A stretch of DNA of 64,000 nucleotides from Hypanus sabinus (GCF_030144855.1 NC_082720.1:44020001-44084000), one strand, 5' to 3'. Counted from the first letter of the stretch, positions 50,600 through 63,874 are shown. The notes: generated by a model from the letters alone, not told the origin. Made by a program: numbers and translations.

Positions 50600-51175
50600 A
50601 AATTCATGCGTGATTCGATGTTCATTCTATGAGGTTGGAGGCTATCCAGAAGGAACGCAACGTTTTGCTCCGCCAAGCTGAGTGCGGCCTTATCGTAGCA
50701 GTAGAGGAGGCCGGGGCCTGGCCTGTCCGAATGGGAAAGCGAAAGGAAAAGGGAAGTCTAATTGAGGTGGGTGGCCGCTGGGAGATCCCGCTTTGGTTCA
50801 TCGATATACAGGAGACCGTTTCGGGAGCGCGTCACCTGGAAAGCCTGTCTGGGGCTGTGAATGGCAGTGAGGGAGGAGGTGCAAGGATAGGTGTGGCACT
50901 TGTTCCGCTTGCAAGGATGAGTACCGGGAGGAAGATCAGTGCGGAGGGATGAATGGACAAGGGATTCCTGTAGGGAGCTATTCCTCTAGAAAGTGGGAGG
51001 GGGTGCGATAGGGAAAGAGGGTTCCCGTGCGCAAAATGGAAGAGATTCAGATGAGGGCAGCGTTGATTCTGGAAGAAGGAAAGCCTCTTTCTTTGAAGAA
51101 AAGAGGACATCGTATTAGTTCCAGAATGAAAAGCCTCATCCTGAGAGCAGATGCGGCGAAGACGGAAGAACTCGC
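50600..51175 (-). mobile_element. Penelope-like remnant
   Basis: SSSVFAASALRMRLFI..CPLFFKERGFPSSRINAAL is homologous to about 2140-2260 of the first copy. Confidence 0.8.
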
Positions 51176-52019
51176 TCTAAACGCCAGCGGCGTAATGGGC
51201 AGTAGGTAGGTCAGTAAACTGTCCCTTAGTGAAGGAGGCAGCAATAGAATCAAATAGTTTAAGTCCTGCCTGTACTTCACCCACTCGAAGCAACGAGCAA
51301 GAAACACTATAATTGTTTTGATCGCTTGGTATTATAATTAACTTTTGTGTTCTAATTATGTTCTTTCTTATAGAATTGTTTGACTAGAGCTTCATTTTTA
51401 TTTTTCTTGTGAATACAACTTTTATGATGCTAGCACTGATGCAGGTAAGTTTTCCGTGTACTTGTGCATATGACAATAAACTTCACTTTGACTTTATGAG
51501 CCCTTCATCCTGCTGATTTACTAATTTGCTTAATCGTCTCTGATTTCAAATGACGAAGCAGTTATTGAATTTTCTTAAAAGCAAAATAGTTATCTAGAAG
51601 AATTTAGATGTCGGAATATTGAATGCAGTTTAAACTACAAAATCTTTCCAAACCCTCAGCTTTCCATTTTCACGCTATCAAGGAACCTACAGTTAATAGT
51701 CAGCACTCACGAGCGTACGTGCTCAATACGCGCCAAAAAAAATTCATTGGCTCGATGCATTCAAACATCCGACGAAACTTCCAACCAAAGTTAAACAGCT
51801 CTGGAACAATCCAGGCAAAAAAATGACTTCACAAATCAGAATTAAATACATTTCCGCACAAATCGAAGGCGAATAACTCCTTGTACTTGAATAACTCCTT
51901 GAATAACAACCTTTACTCCGGCAAAATAATGTAAATGCGTTAAAACACATTATTAGGCTCCGGAAGCACAGCCTGAGGTTTTTCTCAGAATTCCTCACAC
52001 TTTACACGAGAGAGGAAAA

Positions 52020-52560
52020 GTAATTCGGGAGGTACGAGGGAATGCTGGACCCAGAGCGACGTCCAGAACTTTGTCCAGAAGATGAATGAGCGGCACGAGT
52101 GCCGATAACTCGCTCACTGGCGTGCGCATTATGTATAAAAATTGCTGCAAAGTGTTCAGACATGTTCATTTTCCAGTTACCATGTACGCTAAAGAGAATG
52201 TTTAGAAGTTGTGTATTTGCAAGCAACAGTTTTGCATCCAGCACTGAATGCGGACGCGGGCACTCACCTCGCTGACAGAGAGTAACTTAATCTTGTTACC
52301 ACAGCCCGGCTCTTCTCCCGAATGCTGATCTTTCCGATAAGTCACGTACACGATTTCCGGAAGTTGCTGAAGATACGCACACGCACAGCCTATTTGGAAT
52401 TGAGGCGGGTTTCGATTTTTTTAATGCTTGGGTGAGCAGAGGATACCGGGGTCGCACTGAGCTTCCTTAAACTGGGCAGCGCCGTCTGGTTACCACCTCA
52501 CAGCGGCTGAGAGCTGAGGGCAGACGACGGAGACTAGATTAGCCAGGGGTGCACGGTAAA
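52020..52560. promoter_or_regulatory. CpG-rich, probably bidirectional promoter with a palindromic ETS/GABP site
   Basis: Non-repetitive, CpG-enriched patch. ATTTCCGGAAGT at 52353-52364 carries CCGGAAGT and CCGGAAAT on opposite strands, and GTCACGT lies at 52341. Splice donors point outward on both strands (52267 minus, 52432 plus). Confidence 0.65.
52268..52345 (-). other. Putative STING1 non-coding first exon (5' UTR)
   Basis: Strong minus-strand donor GAG|gtgagt at 52268/52267, next to a CpG-rich promoter-like patch. The coding ATG exon begins at a splice acceptor, so an upstream exon is required. The 5' boundary is approximate. Confidence 0.6.
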
Positions 52561-52603
52561 GGAGTGAGGACTTTGTGGAGGGATAGCAGGTTGTCTGGAA
52601 GAA

Positions 52604-52683
52604 GGGGGTCCAGGACAGTCCGATTAAAGATGCACTGCGGAGTGGGGGTCCAGGACAGTCCGATTAAAGATGCACTGCGGAGT
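52604..52683 (+). repeat. Perfect 40-bp tandem duplication
   Basis: GGGGGTCCAGGACAGTCCGATTAAAGATGCACTGCGGAGT x2 (52604-52643 and 52644-52683). Confidence 0.95.
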
Positions 52684-54069
52684 GGGGGAGGGGGACTTAT
52701 GTAAAGTGTGAATGACGAGCCGTTGAATAATGCCTCAGCTATCACGGTATCATTTGTTCGTGTATGTTTACTTAGGAAGTTAATTGTTTTATTACACCAG
52801 ATCCAAACAATTACTTTAAGGTTTCTATATCATATGGTGTATTTATCAAACTTGTCATAAAGGCCAGATGGCGACTGAGATCCTGAAATATAGATCAAAG
52901 TTTAAGGAGGTAAGCACAACTAAAAACGGATCGCATTGGATCATATTGTGGGGTGGGGGGGGGAGGGATTCTCTATTCTTTGGAGGCTTCAGATTACTAC
53001 CCTTCAGATATTCCCAACAAGCTGATGCACCTCTGTTAAACTGCATCAGATATCCCATTGAAAGGAAATGAATGGAAGCTTATTTGGGAGAGAATGTTAA
53101 TTTTATTTTGAGAATTGGGAAAAACTGCAGACACTATAAGTCTGAAACAAATATAGAAATTACATGAAACCCTCCACAGGTCAAGCAACATCTGCGGAGA
53201 GGAGGAGAGATGGACTGAAGTTTCAAGCCCTTGACCCTTTTTTAGAACTTGCTGTGTTCATGGCTTCCTGATTAAATTGCTTGCCTTCTTTAAATACTGA
53301 TGTTTCTGGTTCAGATTGGTAGTACGCTAACCTCCGCCATCACTGTCAAATCAGTAATGCTTTATTGTTATACTTAGCTCAAGAGAATAAGCAGCAGCTG
53401 CATTTATCTCTAAACTCACTTAGAGCTACAAGCAAAATATGATTTTGGAAAAGTTACAAGAGTTGTGCAATCAGGAGACAACTAACTAAAGTATTACTGT
53501 TAAGCGAACCTAAACATGTTCAATAGACAGGGAACAAGACAAAGTGAAACTAAAGTTAACAGTTTTCACTGACTCAGCCCGGAAGATTTATTACTTCTTT
53601 TAAAGACATACAGCCAGCAATGACTCTTGGATAATATGGGCAGTTAAGTGACTTTATAGATTTCTTGAACTGGTCTCGTTATTCATTCTTTGCTGAAGCC
53701 AAAATTTCATTTGGGATCTGTAGAGGCAATAACTCAGCAATGAACATTATTGTTTAGTTCTAGGAGGAAACCATCCCTCATTTTGTCCATCCCTTATTGC
53801 TCTTGAGAAAATGATGTTAAGTTATTTGTCAGGAGGAATGGATGACTAAAGAAAGGAACCTTGAGAGGATTGGTTGCAGGAGATGCAAGTCCTAAAATAA
53901 AATATAAACATAGTCATAAACGCATAAAGAAGTAAGCATTGATGACTAGTGTCCAACAGATAATATAAATTTTTTAACACAGCTCTGTTGCTAATAACAT
54001 TTCATTCCAATGAAATGGAATCAGCTTGAATAAAATTTTTCCTCTTTATTCATGATGGTTCCTTACTGT

Positions 54070-54640
54070 TGTCATAGCTGGGGATGAATAACTCCGCTAT
54101 TTATTATGCGGTCCAAATGGCGTGCGTCTCGAATAACCTCTAACAACCAAGTGCAACTCCCGGCCTTCACGTGTGGCACAGCTGCTAAGCCCAGCAGAAC
54201 CATTACTACTGATGAGAGAAGAGGTGAAAGGCAGGTTACTGGCACCTTAAAACCAGTTTCTTCAGGCAGATGGGTCAAGTCAGCTGTGGTTAACAGCTCA
54301 TCTAGGAGAAGGAAAACTCTGATCTAATACCTCCACTGCCTTACAATATAGCCACTTGTGGTGAAAGCTTCAGGAGTAAACCCGAGGAAAAATCCGGAGC
54401 TGGAATCCCTAAGGCAGTCCTACATTGAGTTCAACATTGTCTGGCAACTCTTGCAACACTGCCGGTGCCAAACTGTATCAGACTCTGGCATTCCTTTGGA
54501 TTCATCAGCTGGGTGGAGAGGGGGAGCCTGCTACATGGGCACAACTTGCTCTGCATATCATACTGCCCTGGCTTGCATATTGATAAAATAGCTAGAACAC
54601 AACACCCATGGTTGACTCTGACTGAGAGAGAATTCATAAT
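54070..54640 (+). mobile_element. RTE-like LINE 5' region or RTE-derived SINE remnant
   Basis: Contains AGGAGAAGGAAAACTCTG, typical of RTE 5' ends. Classification is from recall only. Confidence 0.4.
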
Positions 54641-55433
54641 AGTCTTGCAACTATGCTTGTAGTGTTCTTGTGCAGATATAGAAACTTTGAACTATACACC
54701 GAGTTAAACTGTAGTCAATGAAGGCAAGGATCACAGTAAGATTAACCGTTTACTGTTCACATTAACAGATGGTGAAAACTGTTGATAAAACAATACAAAA
54801 TATATACAGTATTTGTTTCCTTCTTGGCATCACATTTACATCATAAATACTTGTAAAAGTAAAACTACAACAAACTATATTACATTAAAATACAACATAC
54901 AGTCAGAATCTACCTACGCCATCAACAACTTTAAATACACTTCAACACAAACTATCCAGCAACGCTTTCAATAGCACAAGAAAATAAACTTTATCAACAG
55001 TCGTTACCTTTAACAGAATCAGCGGTAACATTTTTACTCCAACATATTGATTGTCTTATGAACTTAAGGCGTTGCTTCTATGATGTTTCTTAGTGCGTAG
55101 AATGGAACTTTTCTCATGCTGATCCTGCACACTCAAACCCCCGCCTTCCCATTTCTCCAAACTGGTATTTACCCACAAGACGCGGCAAAACCGGGTGTGA
55201 CGTCATCGCATGCCGTGATACATCACAGACAACGAATTTACTTCCAATAATTGCAATGTAGTTATCAACCTTAACTTTAACTAAAAAATAGTTACAAATG
55301 AATTACTGAAGCGAAAATGTAATTAAGCCCAAAAAAAAGCCTTAAGGGCAACACAATGCTATTGCTGTATTTTAGGGTTTGTGTCTTCCGCACCCAATCT
55401 TATCAATAGTCCTTTCTTCTCTCATCTCTTAAG

Positions 55434-57589
55434 GATTCCATCTTCAGTAATGGAACTCAAATATAATATGAAACGCATCAAATTTTAGGCCAAGTATCAG
55501 AAAAAAATGGGGAAACAAACCAAAATCACTCCTAATAGATTTTAGACAATCTCCACCAGACATTAGATGAAATATTTCAGTGCTATGGTATAATTCTAAC
55601 AAAAAAGATCCATAAATTCTTAAGAGTTAAAATCAGGTAAGTGAAAGGATTTGACCCAGATTTCTCCCACAGCTACAGGATGTGGCAGATCATCCCCACC
55701 TCCCTCTACACTCTCTCCGACAACTGCAGCACCAAAATTCTGATGCACAAGTTGAATAATTGCACTGATTTGATCAAAACAAAAGGAGAATTGGATAAAG
55801 TTTCTGCCCACGGAATGAGTTAAATGAAAGAACAGAATGCTGAGATGTGTTTCATTGTTTATTATGATCCCAATTTAAACTCAGTTTGTATAAGTAGTGG
55901 TCACAGGTGGAAGTGAGCAGAACATATTCTGTCTTTGGCAGTGTAAGGCTGTGATATAATCAATAATGACAAGTCTATCTAGTTTTTTTCAATCATGCTG
56001 TTATTATGCATGACTAAGAAAAGGGAGGATTTGTCATTGCATTTCTCTGCAAGGAGTCGAAGGACTACACTTGCTCCAAATTATGAACTTCAGTACTTAC
56101 TCCAGAGACTAAATGTGAAACAACTTGATGTAATTTTACCCCACTGTGAAGGATTGGAATAAATATTGAAAAGTGATCTGATTGCCATGGCAGTATTGGC
56201 CCATTTGGTGAAATGGCAATAAGCTGAAATGGATCATTCATGTCTGAAATATATGATGACATTTTCTTTTAGTGCAACTTCAAATGAAACATTAGTAAAA
56301 GATAAAACTTGTTCTGTGGATGATATTGAACATTACACCAATGGCTGTAGAATTACTTATGAATTATGTTCTAAGTCTCCACTTACCAAAGAATGCATGA
56401 TATCCATTTGAATTATTTTATTTTCATTAAAATTAATGTTGTATAATTGTAAATGAAATCTTGTCTGAAGCAAAATTTATTGTGGGTATGATGGTTTGGT
56501 TGTGAGCTTTAGACTATCATTGTAATAAGCTGAGTGTTGATATAGGTCATGAAATAAACTTTGATACTCAATGATAATAAAAACATCAGTTCCATTTTGC
56601 CATTTTCAATGACTCTTCAGTAAATGTCTGTGATGTTCAAGCCATCATTATGAGAGTAAATATGTCTCAGAAAATTACAATTTGCTTCACAAAATAAAAG
56701 ATGTAGAGGTCAGTATTATCAAAGATAATTTGAAATTTGACAAGTCACAAATAGCCTGAAGAAGAAAATTCCAATCAAATGGAACAAGCAAGAATCAAAA
56801 TGGATTCTTCTGAAAAGAAGAAAGAACTAGAAGGAAATGGAAGAAAGCTGAAAAGTCATCAAGTCAAATCAAGTGAACTTCAGTTGAAGATGAAAAGAGA
56901 TGCTGTCAGAGGGAAAATGGCAGAGAGAATGTGATCTCATTACAATATTCAGGAAAGATGGAACAGAAACATGCATACTTTATCAGATAAATGAAATTGC
57001 CAGAAGTATGAACTGATGTGAAAAGTACTGAACTACACTCCCACAGAGCAATTAAGTAACTAGTGTGGAAAATGTAATAGTTTTTAATATCCATAAACTG
57101 GCACCAAAAGTTAACAGATGGTAATTTTGAATTTTAGACAGGGCCAGATTTATGTGGAATTTATTAGAGAAAGGGAAATGATGTTCAGAGGGTGATATAG
57201 ATCAAAGATGGATCAGGTGCAGCAAGCATCAAAGTGGAATATTTGCTACTTCAGGGTAAAAATTAACCTTTGGAAATTGGGCAACTTTAATAGCACAAGG
57301 AGCCTGGTAATTGAAGTCAATGCTTCATAGGCAGAACAATATTTATACAATTGGGGGTGTTTAAGGTGTAACTGTACCAGATACATGTTCATTAGGGTGG
57401 AAGATTGTGATGTTAAAGCTTGAGCAACCAGGATGCCAAAAAGACAGTAAAACGTCGCAGAAAATAGATTATTTAACAAATACATATTTTTTTCAGGCCA
57501 ACAGCAGAAAATTCAGTCACAAATTAAATCAAAGAGCCAGAGAGAAAGCTTAAGACTGATGATGTGATCGAAAAATATTCTAGAGGCAT
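55434..57589 (+). pseudogene. Possible decayed multi-exon gene or spliced lncRNA, divergent from STING1, unidentified
   Basis: Exon-like blocks at 55434-55636 (ctcttaag|...ATCAG|gtaagt), 56054-about 57055 (ctctgcaag|) and 57497-57589 (ttttttcag|...|gtaagc). A phase-compatible join reads ...LLIDLDNLHQTLDEIFQCYGIILTKKIHKFLRVKIR|SRRTTLAPNYELQYLLQRLNVKQLDVILPHCEGLE*, with several in-frame stops. Confidence 0.35.
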
Positions 57590-59334
57590 GTAAGCTGGCA
57601 CTGTTCATCCCGGCCCTTCAACAATATTAAGTGTATATTACAAACACGGATAACCTCTAGATGTATGATTATTGGAGTGACTCCCACATGGAGTAATGGT
57701 GATACAGTAATTTATCCTGAACATAATCCTTCTCAGAATGGTTTAAGACAAATTCTCTTGAAAATCTCGACAATTAATGTAGAATTTTAAAAAATAAGTG
57801 ATGAAAATGTTGCCTATATTTCATACATGATAAAATGCCTATGTAATTAAGAGTTTGTTATCTGCAAGGATTTTGTTGTAAAGACAACTTCCCTTTCTCT
57901 TTGCAATTGATACGATGTAATCCCTAACACTGCAGTTGTTTGCGGTTGATTAGAAAGGAGAGGACCTGCAATGAAATGTGAGGCCTAGGGACAACTTGAA
58001 TTAAAAAAAGCTGTCCTCATGGTAATGTTAGCTCTGTTGGTGAATCAGTATAAACTGGAATAGGCTACTTTTCAATGGAATATGATATGACATTTTGTTA
58101 CAATGTACCCTCCAAGATGTTCCAATGAGATTTAATATCTTTATGTATGAGGGTAGACAATGTTGGTTGTCATAAAATTTGTTCTTGAGTTATAAAATTC
58201 AAGAATTCACTCATAAAATGCTTCATTAATTAAGAGTGTATAACAAATTAATGTGGTTTATGTCTTATTTTTAATGGATAATTGTTAGTGAGATCTTTTC
58301 TGAAGCTTCTTTTGTTGTAGTTGTAAGATTTTGGCTATTAACATTAGACCATAAATGTTATAAAGGGCCAGGCAGTTTTAACAGATGAATACCGGCTGAC
58401 TGATTACAGGTGGATACACTGGGTGTGATCACCTTCATTCTGGGCCGGTGGCCTGTCAGTGCAGTTATCCTGAGGCCTGACCACTATGATTGTAGTATAA
58501 GGTGAAGCAGTCAATGAGTGGTAACTAAATGTTCCTGAAGTATGCCCCCCTCACCCTCCAAATCACACATCATTTTGACAGGTCACTGTTGGGCTTAGTG
58601 CCTGGAAGATGACCTGAGGCTCTGGGACTGGGACCACTAGATATGTGATTTCAGCCAATATACTGTTGAAGTATATGTTGAAGCACGGTGTCTCCTGAGA
58701 GAGGAGAGTTGCCACCCATGCCAATGGAGTTAAGACCACTATCCCGAGGACTGCCTCAGCATTCCTTAGGCTCTGAATTTTTTTGGAAAAAGCCACTCAG
58801 GCCAAGGTGACTTCTCATGTCAGTAGAAGACCATTATAGCTTTCTTAGCTTCCTTTATGCAAAACCTCAAGGCAGAATGAAGAACTCCTTCATTTTTCTC
58901 AAGGTGTAAAAGCTCTTTGGTGAATCAACAACTATTCCTAATGTTTCCCTACATGCCTTCTCTGTTGGTCCATAGCTGAGTTCTCAGAAGCAGAGTTTTG
59001 CCCTCCATTGAGCAGGGCTTTTAAAGATATCTAAAGTTATCAATCTAAAACTTTTAACTCTTCCTTTCTCCACAAAAATGCTGCTGTAAAAGTTCTTAAA
59101 AGAGGTCTATAACAGCTAAGTGGACATGTAAAGACAAAAATTGGTGGTGTTGATAGTCAGAAGGGTAGTATTGGCTATAGAACAACACTGAGGTTGTAAG
59201 GTAGGCAGAGCAATGGTAGATGGGACTTAATCTTGAAAGATGTATTTTGGGAGGACTAAAAAGGCCAATTGATTGTATGCACAATTGATTGTAGGTCCCA
59301 AGGAAATACAGTGGATTCTGGTTAATTGGGACAC

Positions 59335-59467
59335 ATCAGGACCAGCAGCTGTGCAAGGTTCAAAGTTCAAAGTAAGTTTTATTATCAGAGTACATATACA
59401 TATCAGGACCAGCAGCTGTGCAAGGTTCAAAGTTCAAAGTAAGTTTTATTATCAGAGTACATATACA
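59335..59467 (+). repeat. 67-bp perfect tandem duplication
   Basis: ATCAGGACCAGCAGCTGTGCAAGGTTCAAAGTTCAAAGTAAGTTTTATTATCAGAGTACATATACA occurs twice. Confidence 0.95.
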
Positions 59468-59794
59468 GTATATGATCGCATACACCCAGAGATTATTTTT
59501 CCTGTGGATGTTCTCAGCAAATCTATAGAAAAGTAACTATAAAAAGGATCCATGCAAGTAGGCCCATGCAAGTAAAAGGATTCTATGCAAGTAGAACATA
59601 GAAGACAGCAAACTATGCAAATGCAAATAAAAATAAATAGCAATAAATAAAAGGAGCATGAAATAACAAGATAAAGAGTCCTTAAAGTCCTTAAGGTTGT
59701 GGGAGCAACTCAATAGGTAAGTGTTGTTATCCTCTTTTGTTCAAGAGCATGACAGCTGAGGGGTAGTAACTGTTCATGAACCTGGTGGTGTGAT

Positions 59795-61320
59795 TCACAT
59801 GGTGACACTGCCGTATTCACCGTGGTGGACCCATTCTCCAAAGCTGTGCATTTCATAGCCCTTCCCAAACTACCCACAGCCGACCTTCTCGTCCATCACG
59901 TCTCCTGCCTTCATGCGATTCCCTCTGACATTATTTCTGACCGGGCTCCCCAATTCCTCTCTCAAGTCTGGAGATCTTTTTGTCAAGCCCTTGGAGCCTC
60001 AGTAGGTCTGTCATCTGGCTTTCATTCATAGACGAATGGTCAAACAGAACGAGCAAATCACGATTTGGAAGCAGCACTGCGCTGCAAACTGCCAACAACC
60101 TGTCTTCCTGGAGCACCCATCTTGCTTGGGTAGAGTATACCCACAACTCCTTGGTCAGCCACCACCACTGGAATGTCTCCCTTCGAATGCTCCCTCGGTT
60201 ACCAACCCCCTCTGTTCTCTGCTCTTGAAAATGACATTGCTGTGCCTTCTGTTCAGGCCCATCTCCGCCAGTGCCACAAGAGCTGGAAAGACACACGTGC
60301 AGCGCTACTCCACTCAACCGATTGCAACGGAGGATTGCCGATCGCCATCAGATTCCTACACCTGATTATTGGCCTGGGCAGATGGTTTGGCTCGCTTCTA
60401 AAGATATCACCCTCAAGAATGAGCCCAGGAAACTAGCCCCCACCCCCATTTCCTTGGGCCATTCGAGATTGAGAGTATAATCAACCCCTCGGTGGTCAGA
60501 CTCAAACTGCCCAAATCTATGCACATCCATCCTACATTCCATGTTTCCCAATTGAAACCGGTATCTGTCAGCCCTTTGTGCCCTCCTGCCAAACCCCCTC
60601 CACCCACCCAGATCATTGAGAACCACCCAAAGTACACCATCCGGCGAGCACTGGATGTGCACTGCCGAGGTAGGGGTCTCCAGTACCTGGTCAACTGGCA
60701 GGGTCATGGCCCGGAGGAACGCTTCTGAATTTGCCGCTCCATCGTCCTGGACCCTTCCCTGATTCGTGATTTCCATTGTGACAATCTGGACAAGTCTGGT
60801 GGTTCGTCTGGAGGCTCCCGTTGGTGGTGGGGGGGGGGGGGGGGGTTCTGTCACAGTCCTGATTGTTTATTCCATAGTTTCCTCTAATTTCCTTTGATTG
60901 TGCCATGGCTCTGACCATTAAATTTCCCAATTGCTTCTAATTTTCTTTGATAACGGCCCACCTGGCTTCCATCAGGACCTGCAGTATAAGAACGCCAGCG
61001 TTACAAACCCTAGTTGCCAGATTGTTGGTCTTTTTCCTGTGTGATAACTGTTTCCCGACTGCTTAGAACTATTTGTTCTAAGTTTAGCTCCAGTTGCAAT
61101 GTTTACCTATGAGACTCCGTCTCTCTGAGTCAAGGCCGTGTGTCAAGGCCGCATGTCATGGCTCCATATCAGGGCTCCGTGTCAAGATCCCTCCTGTTTG
61201 CTGTTTGGCGTTTATGCCCATGTAAGCATCCTAACTCAATTTCCATGCATGTGTCCTGCTCTTGGTTCACCTCATTTGCCACGTTCCATTGCAACAGATA
61301 TACGCATCAGATGTTCCAGG
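59795..61320 (+). mobile_element. Chromoviral Gypsy 3' fragment (integrase, chromodomain, PPT, partial LTR)
   Basis: [42 protein letters not shown] and [15 protein letters not shown]. Poly-G PPT at about 60823-60845, then a TGTCACA LTR start at 60849. Confidence 0.88.
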
Positions 61321-62918
61321 GTTGAGCCAATGCGATGGCTTCTGCTATGGATCTCAATTAGTTGCAATGTTTTTGTAAACAATGAAATACAGAACACATT
61401 GGAACACTACTAATAGTACTACAGTAATATAAAAATGAATATTAGTTCCTAATAGTTATCAATGGAGCAATTCATCCAGTGGATGCAATTAACAAAATTA
61501 ATGCAGGCACCTAGTGCAGATAATCGACAATCTTCATACAATGCTATTGATGATTGCATCCTCCAAATCTTGATTTTCATTATAACATTCAATGTGATTG
61601 ACGATGCCTTCAAATTCTTACTAGTTACTAACTTGTTGAAGTAGTGAAACTATTTCATTTTCATTCCCGGCTGTTTCTGGCATCTCCAAGACCGAATGCT
61701 TGAAGCCGCAGTGAGCAGAACCATTCTGAAATGTCTTACAGCTTATTTCTTGCCAACTATCAGTGACAAAAATCAATGCTTTTTGAACACAAACACATGC
61801 AACTGACGCTATTTAAAAGTTGTTTGCTCTCGGCATGGTATAGTGTCTAATGGCCCCACTAGTGTGCGCAACTGATGCTAGCTAGAACCTGTTCAGCAAC
61901 AGTCTCCAGCCACAGTTAAGCATTATGGAGTCCCAAATAAACAAGGGAATTCCAGCAATTTTCTCTATTAGTTTTTGTTCGTTAAGAGTTGTTCCTAACA
62001 AGTGACTGCCCTTATTAACTGATGGCCCAATTAGCTGGAATGCACTTGTCCAAGAATCCTTAAAGGTGGCAACACACATGCTGAAGGTGGTTAAGAAGGT
62101 GTTGAGGAACTGCCTTTATTAGCTTGGGCACAGAGCAAAACTTCTATAAAAGGCCAAAGCTGAATCGTATAATTATACTGGTGACGATGCGGGAAAGATG
62201 TACTAGGATGTTAGCAGGCTTGGAGCATTTCAGCTACGAGGTGGGACTGGATAGGCTTGGTTTGTTTTCCTTGGACTGTGGAGGGGAGGGGAGGGGAGGG
62301 GAGGGGAGGGGAGGGGATCTTATTGAAGTAAATAAAAATATAAGGAACAAAAATATGGAGGTGCAAAATGTTTTGATTAGCAGAGGCACTGAGTTCAAAA
62401 TAAGGACTAACGAATTAGAGAGGATATTTTTTTCCCAGCAGTGTGGTTTAAATCTGGAATACGTTGCTTGATGGTATGGTGGAGCCAGGTCTTCTCACCT
62501 TTAAGGGACAGTTAAATGAACACTTGAAATGCCATGGCTTCTAAGCTTCTATGGACTGACAGTCAGATTGGTATATTTAAGTGCTTGATAGCCAGCATGG
62601 ACTGGGTGGACAGATGAGCTATTTTTAAGTTGAAAGACTCAATGAAAAAAATATGGAGAACCAATGTGGGTCCATTATAGAATGGGAGAAGAGAAATTAC
62701 ATTTTGGGAACAAGGTAACTAATATTTTGGGATAAGAGACAGAGAACTTCAATAAATGGGACTAAGCTGACAGATCCCAATAGCATAAATGAAATGTCAT
62801 TGGAGCCAGTAGATATACTGGTCATCTCCTAAATTTCCAGATTTTCTACAATGGTTTCCTTCAGATTGGGAGACAGCAAATGTAACCCAACTACAGTACT
62901 TAAGAAAGAAATAAGGAC

Positions 62919-63874
62919 TGTTATGAGTGCTGAACAGACCTGATGGAAATGGGGTGCAGAGTTAATCATCACCCCCCCCCCCCCTTTGAGAACTATGAAC
63001 TATTGCTATTGCTATGCTGCTAATGAGAGAGAGAGAGATGAAGCACAAAGGCAGGAACATCTGCTACAGACAAGAGAGAGAGACACACACATTTGATTTA
63101 TGTATTATGGCTGCTTCCTGGCTTGTTTACCTTTCGCTGCAAAGATGTTACTTTGCTCGTGAACATTCCTAAGGAGAGTGCAGGAGTGGCCTGATTTGAT
63201 GGACATGGTCATTTTGAGTTGGCTGATACCCTGTCAGTGGGATGGCTGATACCCTGTCAGTGGGGATAAAAGACAGGTGTGGGAGACACCCCTCAGATAC
63301 ACTAGAGGACACTGACCGAGTGTTGTGCACCCACTGGAAGGTGGGGGCTTCGAGGACCGAATCAGGAGATTAGTTAACAAAGCTCACAGTGTGACGGCAG
63401 GGCCAGGGGGGACTTGTGTGTGTGTCCACTCATGCCAGAATGATGAGTCCACCACAGAACGGTCTGGCTGAGAACGGAGGGTCATACCCAAGTGTCCACA
63501 ACGGTACGACGGAATCAGAATACAACAGAAGGTTTGCTGGCTGCAGCTGCTCAATCTCTTTTTCACTCTCTCTCTCTCTCCAATGATTGCAACACAACCA
63601 TAACTACCTCAGCACACATGAACTGAACTGAACTCTATATTCTCCTATGACAATTCATTTACCCCTAGATATTGATAGAGCTTCTTTATTATTGTTGATT
63701 ATTATTCCTACACTTCTATTTTATTATTGCTAACCTGGTTTATATGTATATTTGCATTTTTGATACTGTATTGTGTAGTTTACTAATAAACACCTTTAGT
63801 TTTCGGTACCACCAGACTCCAACAGATTCTTCTATTTCTGCTGGTCTGTAAACCCAGTTACGGGATACGTAACA
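62919..63874 (+). mobile_element. Solo LTR (same family as 49182-50117), inserted in an old CR1
   Basis: TGTTATG...CGTAACA with 4-bp TSD GGAC (62915-62918 and 63875-63878). Confidence 0.92.

Larger units (their letters stand above)
59309..62047. mobile_element. Tigger/pogo-like non-autonomous DNA element hosting a LINE tail and a Gypsy fragment
   Basis: Left end TA-CAGTGGATTCTGGTTAATTGGG (about 59307-59330) and imperfect inverted right end CCCAATTAGCTGGAATGCACTTG (about 62026-62048). Confidence 0.6.

Noticed and set aside
51744-52244. Short minus-strand ORFs as an N-terminal extension of STING
   Set aside because: No similarity to STING, and they fall just downstream of the putative exon-1 donor, so they are intronic.
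54697-55355. Possible solo LTR or MITE
   Set aside because: It looks like a repeat, but I could not establish termini or a TSD, so it is left unannotated.
49182-63874. One large LTR element that captured the STING promoter
   Set aside because: Each LTR has its own distinct TSD, and there is no PBS or PPT on the inner sides.
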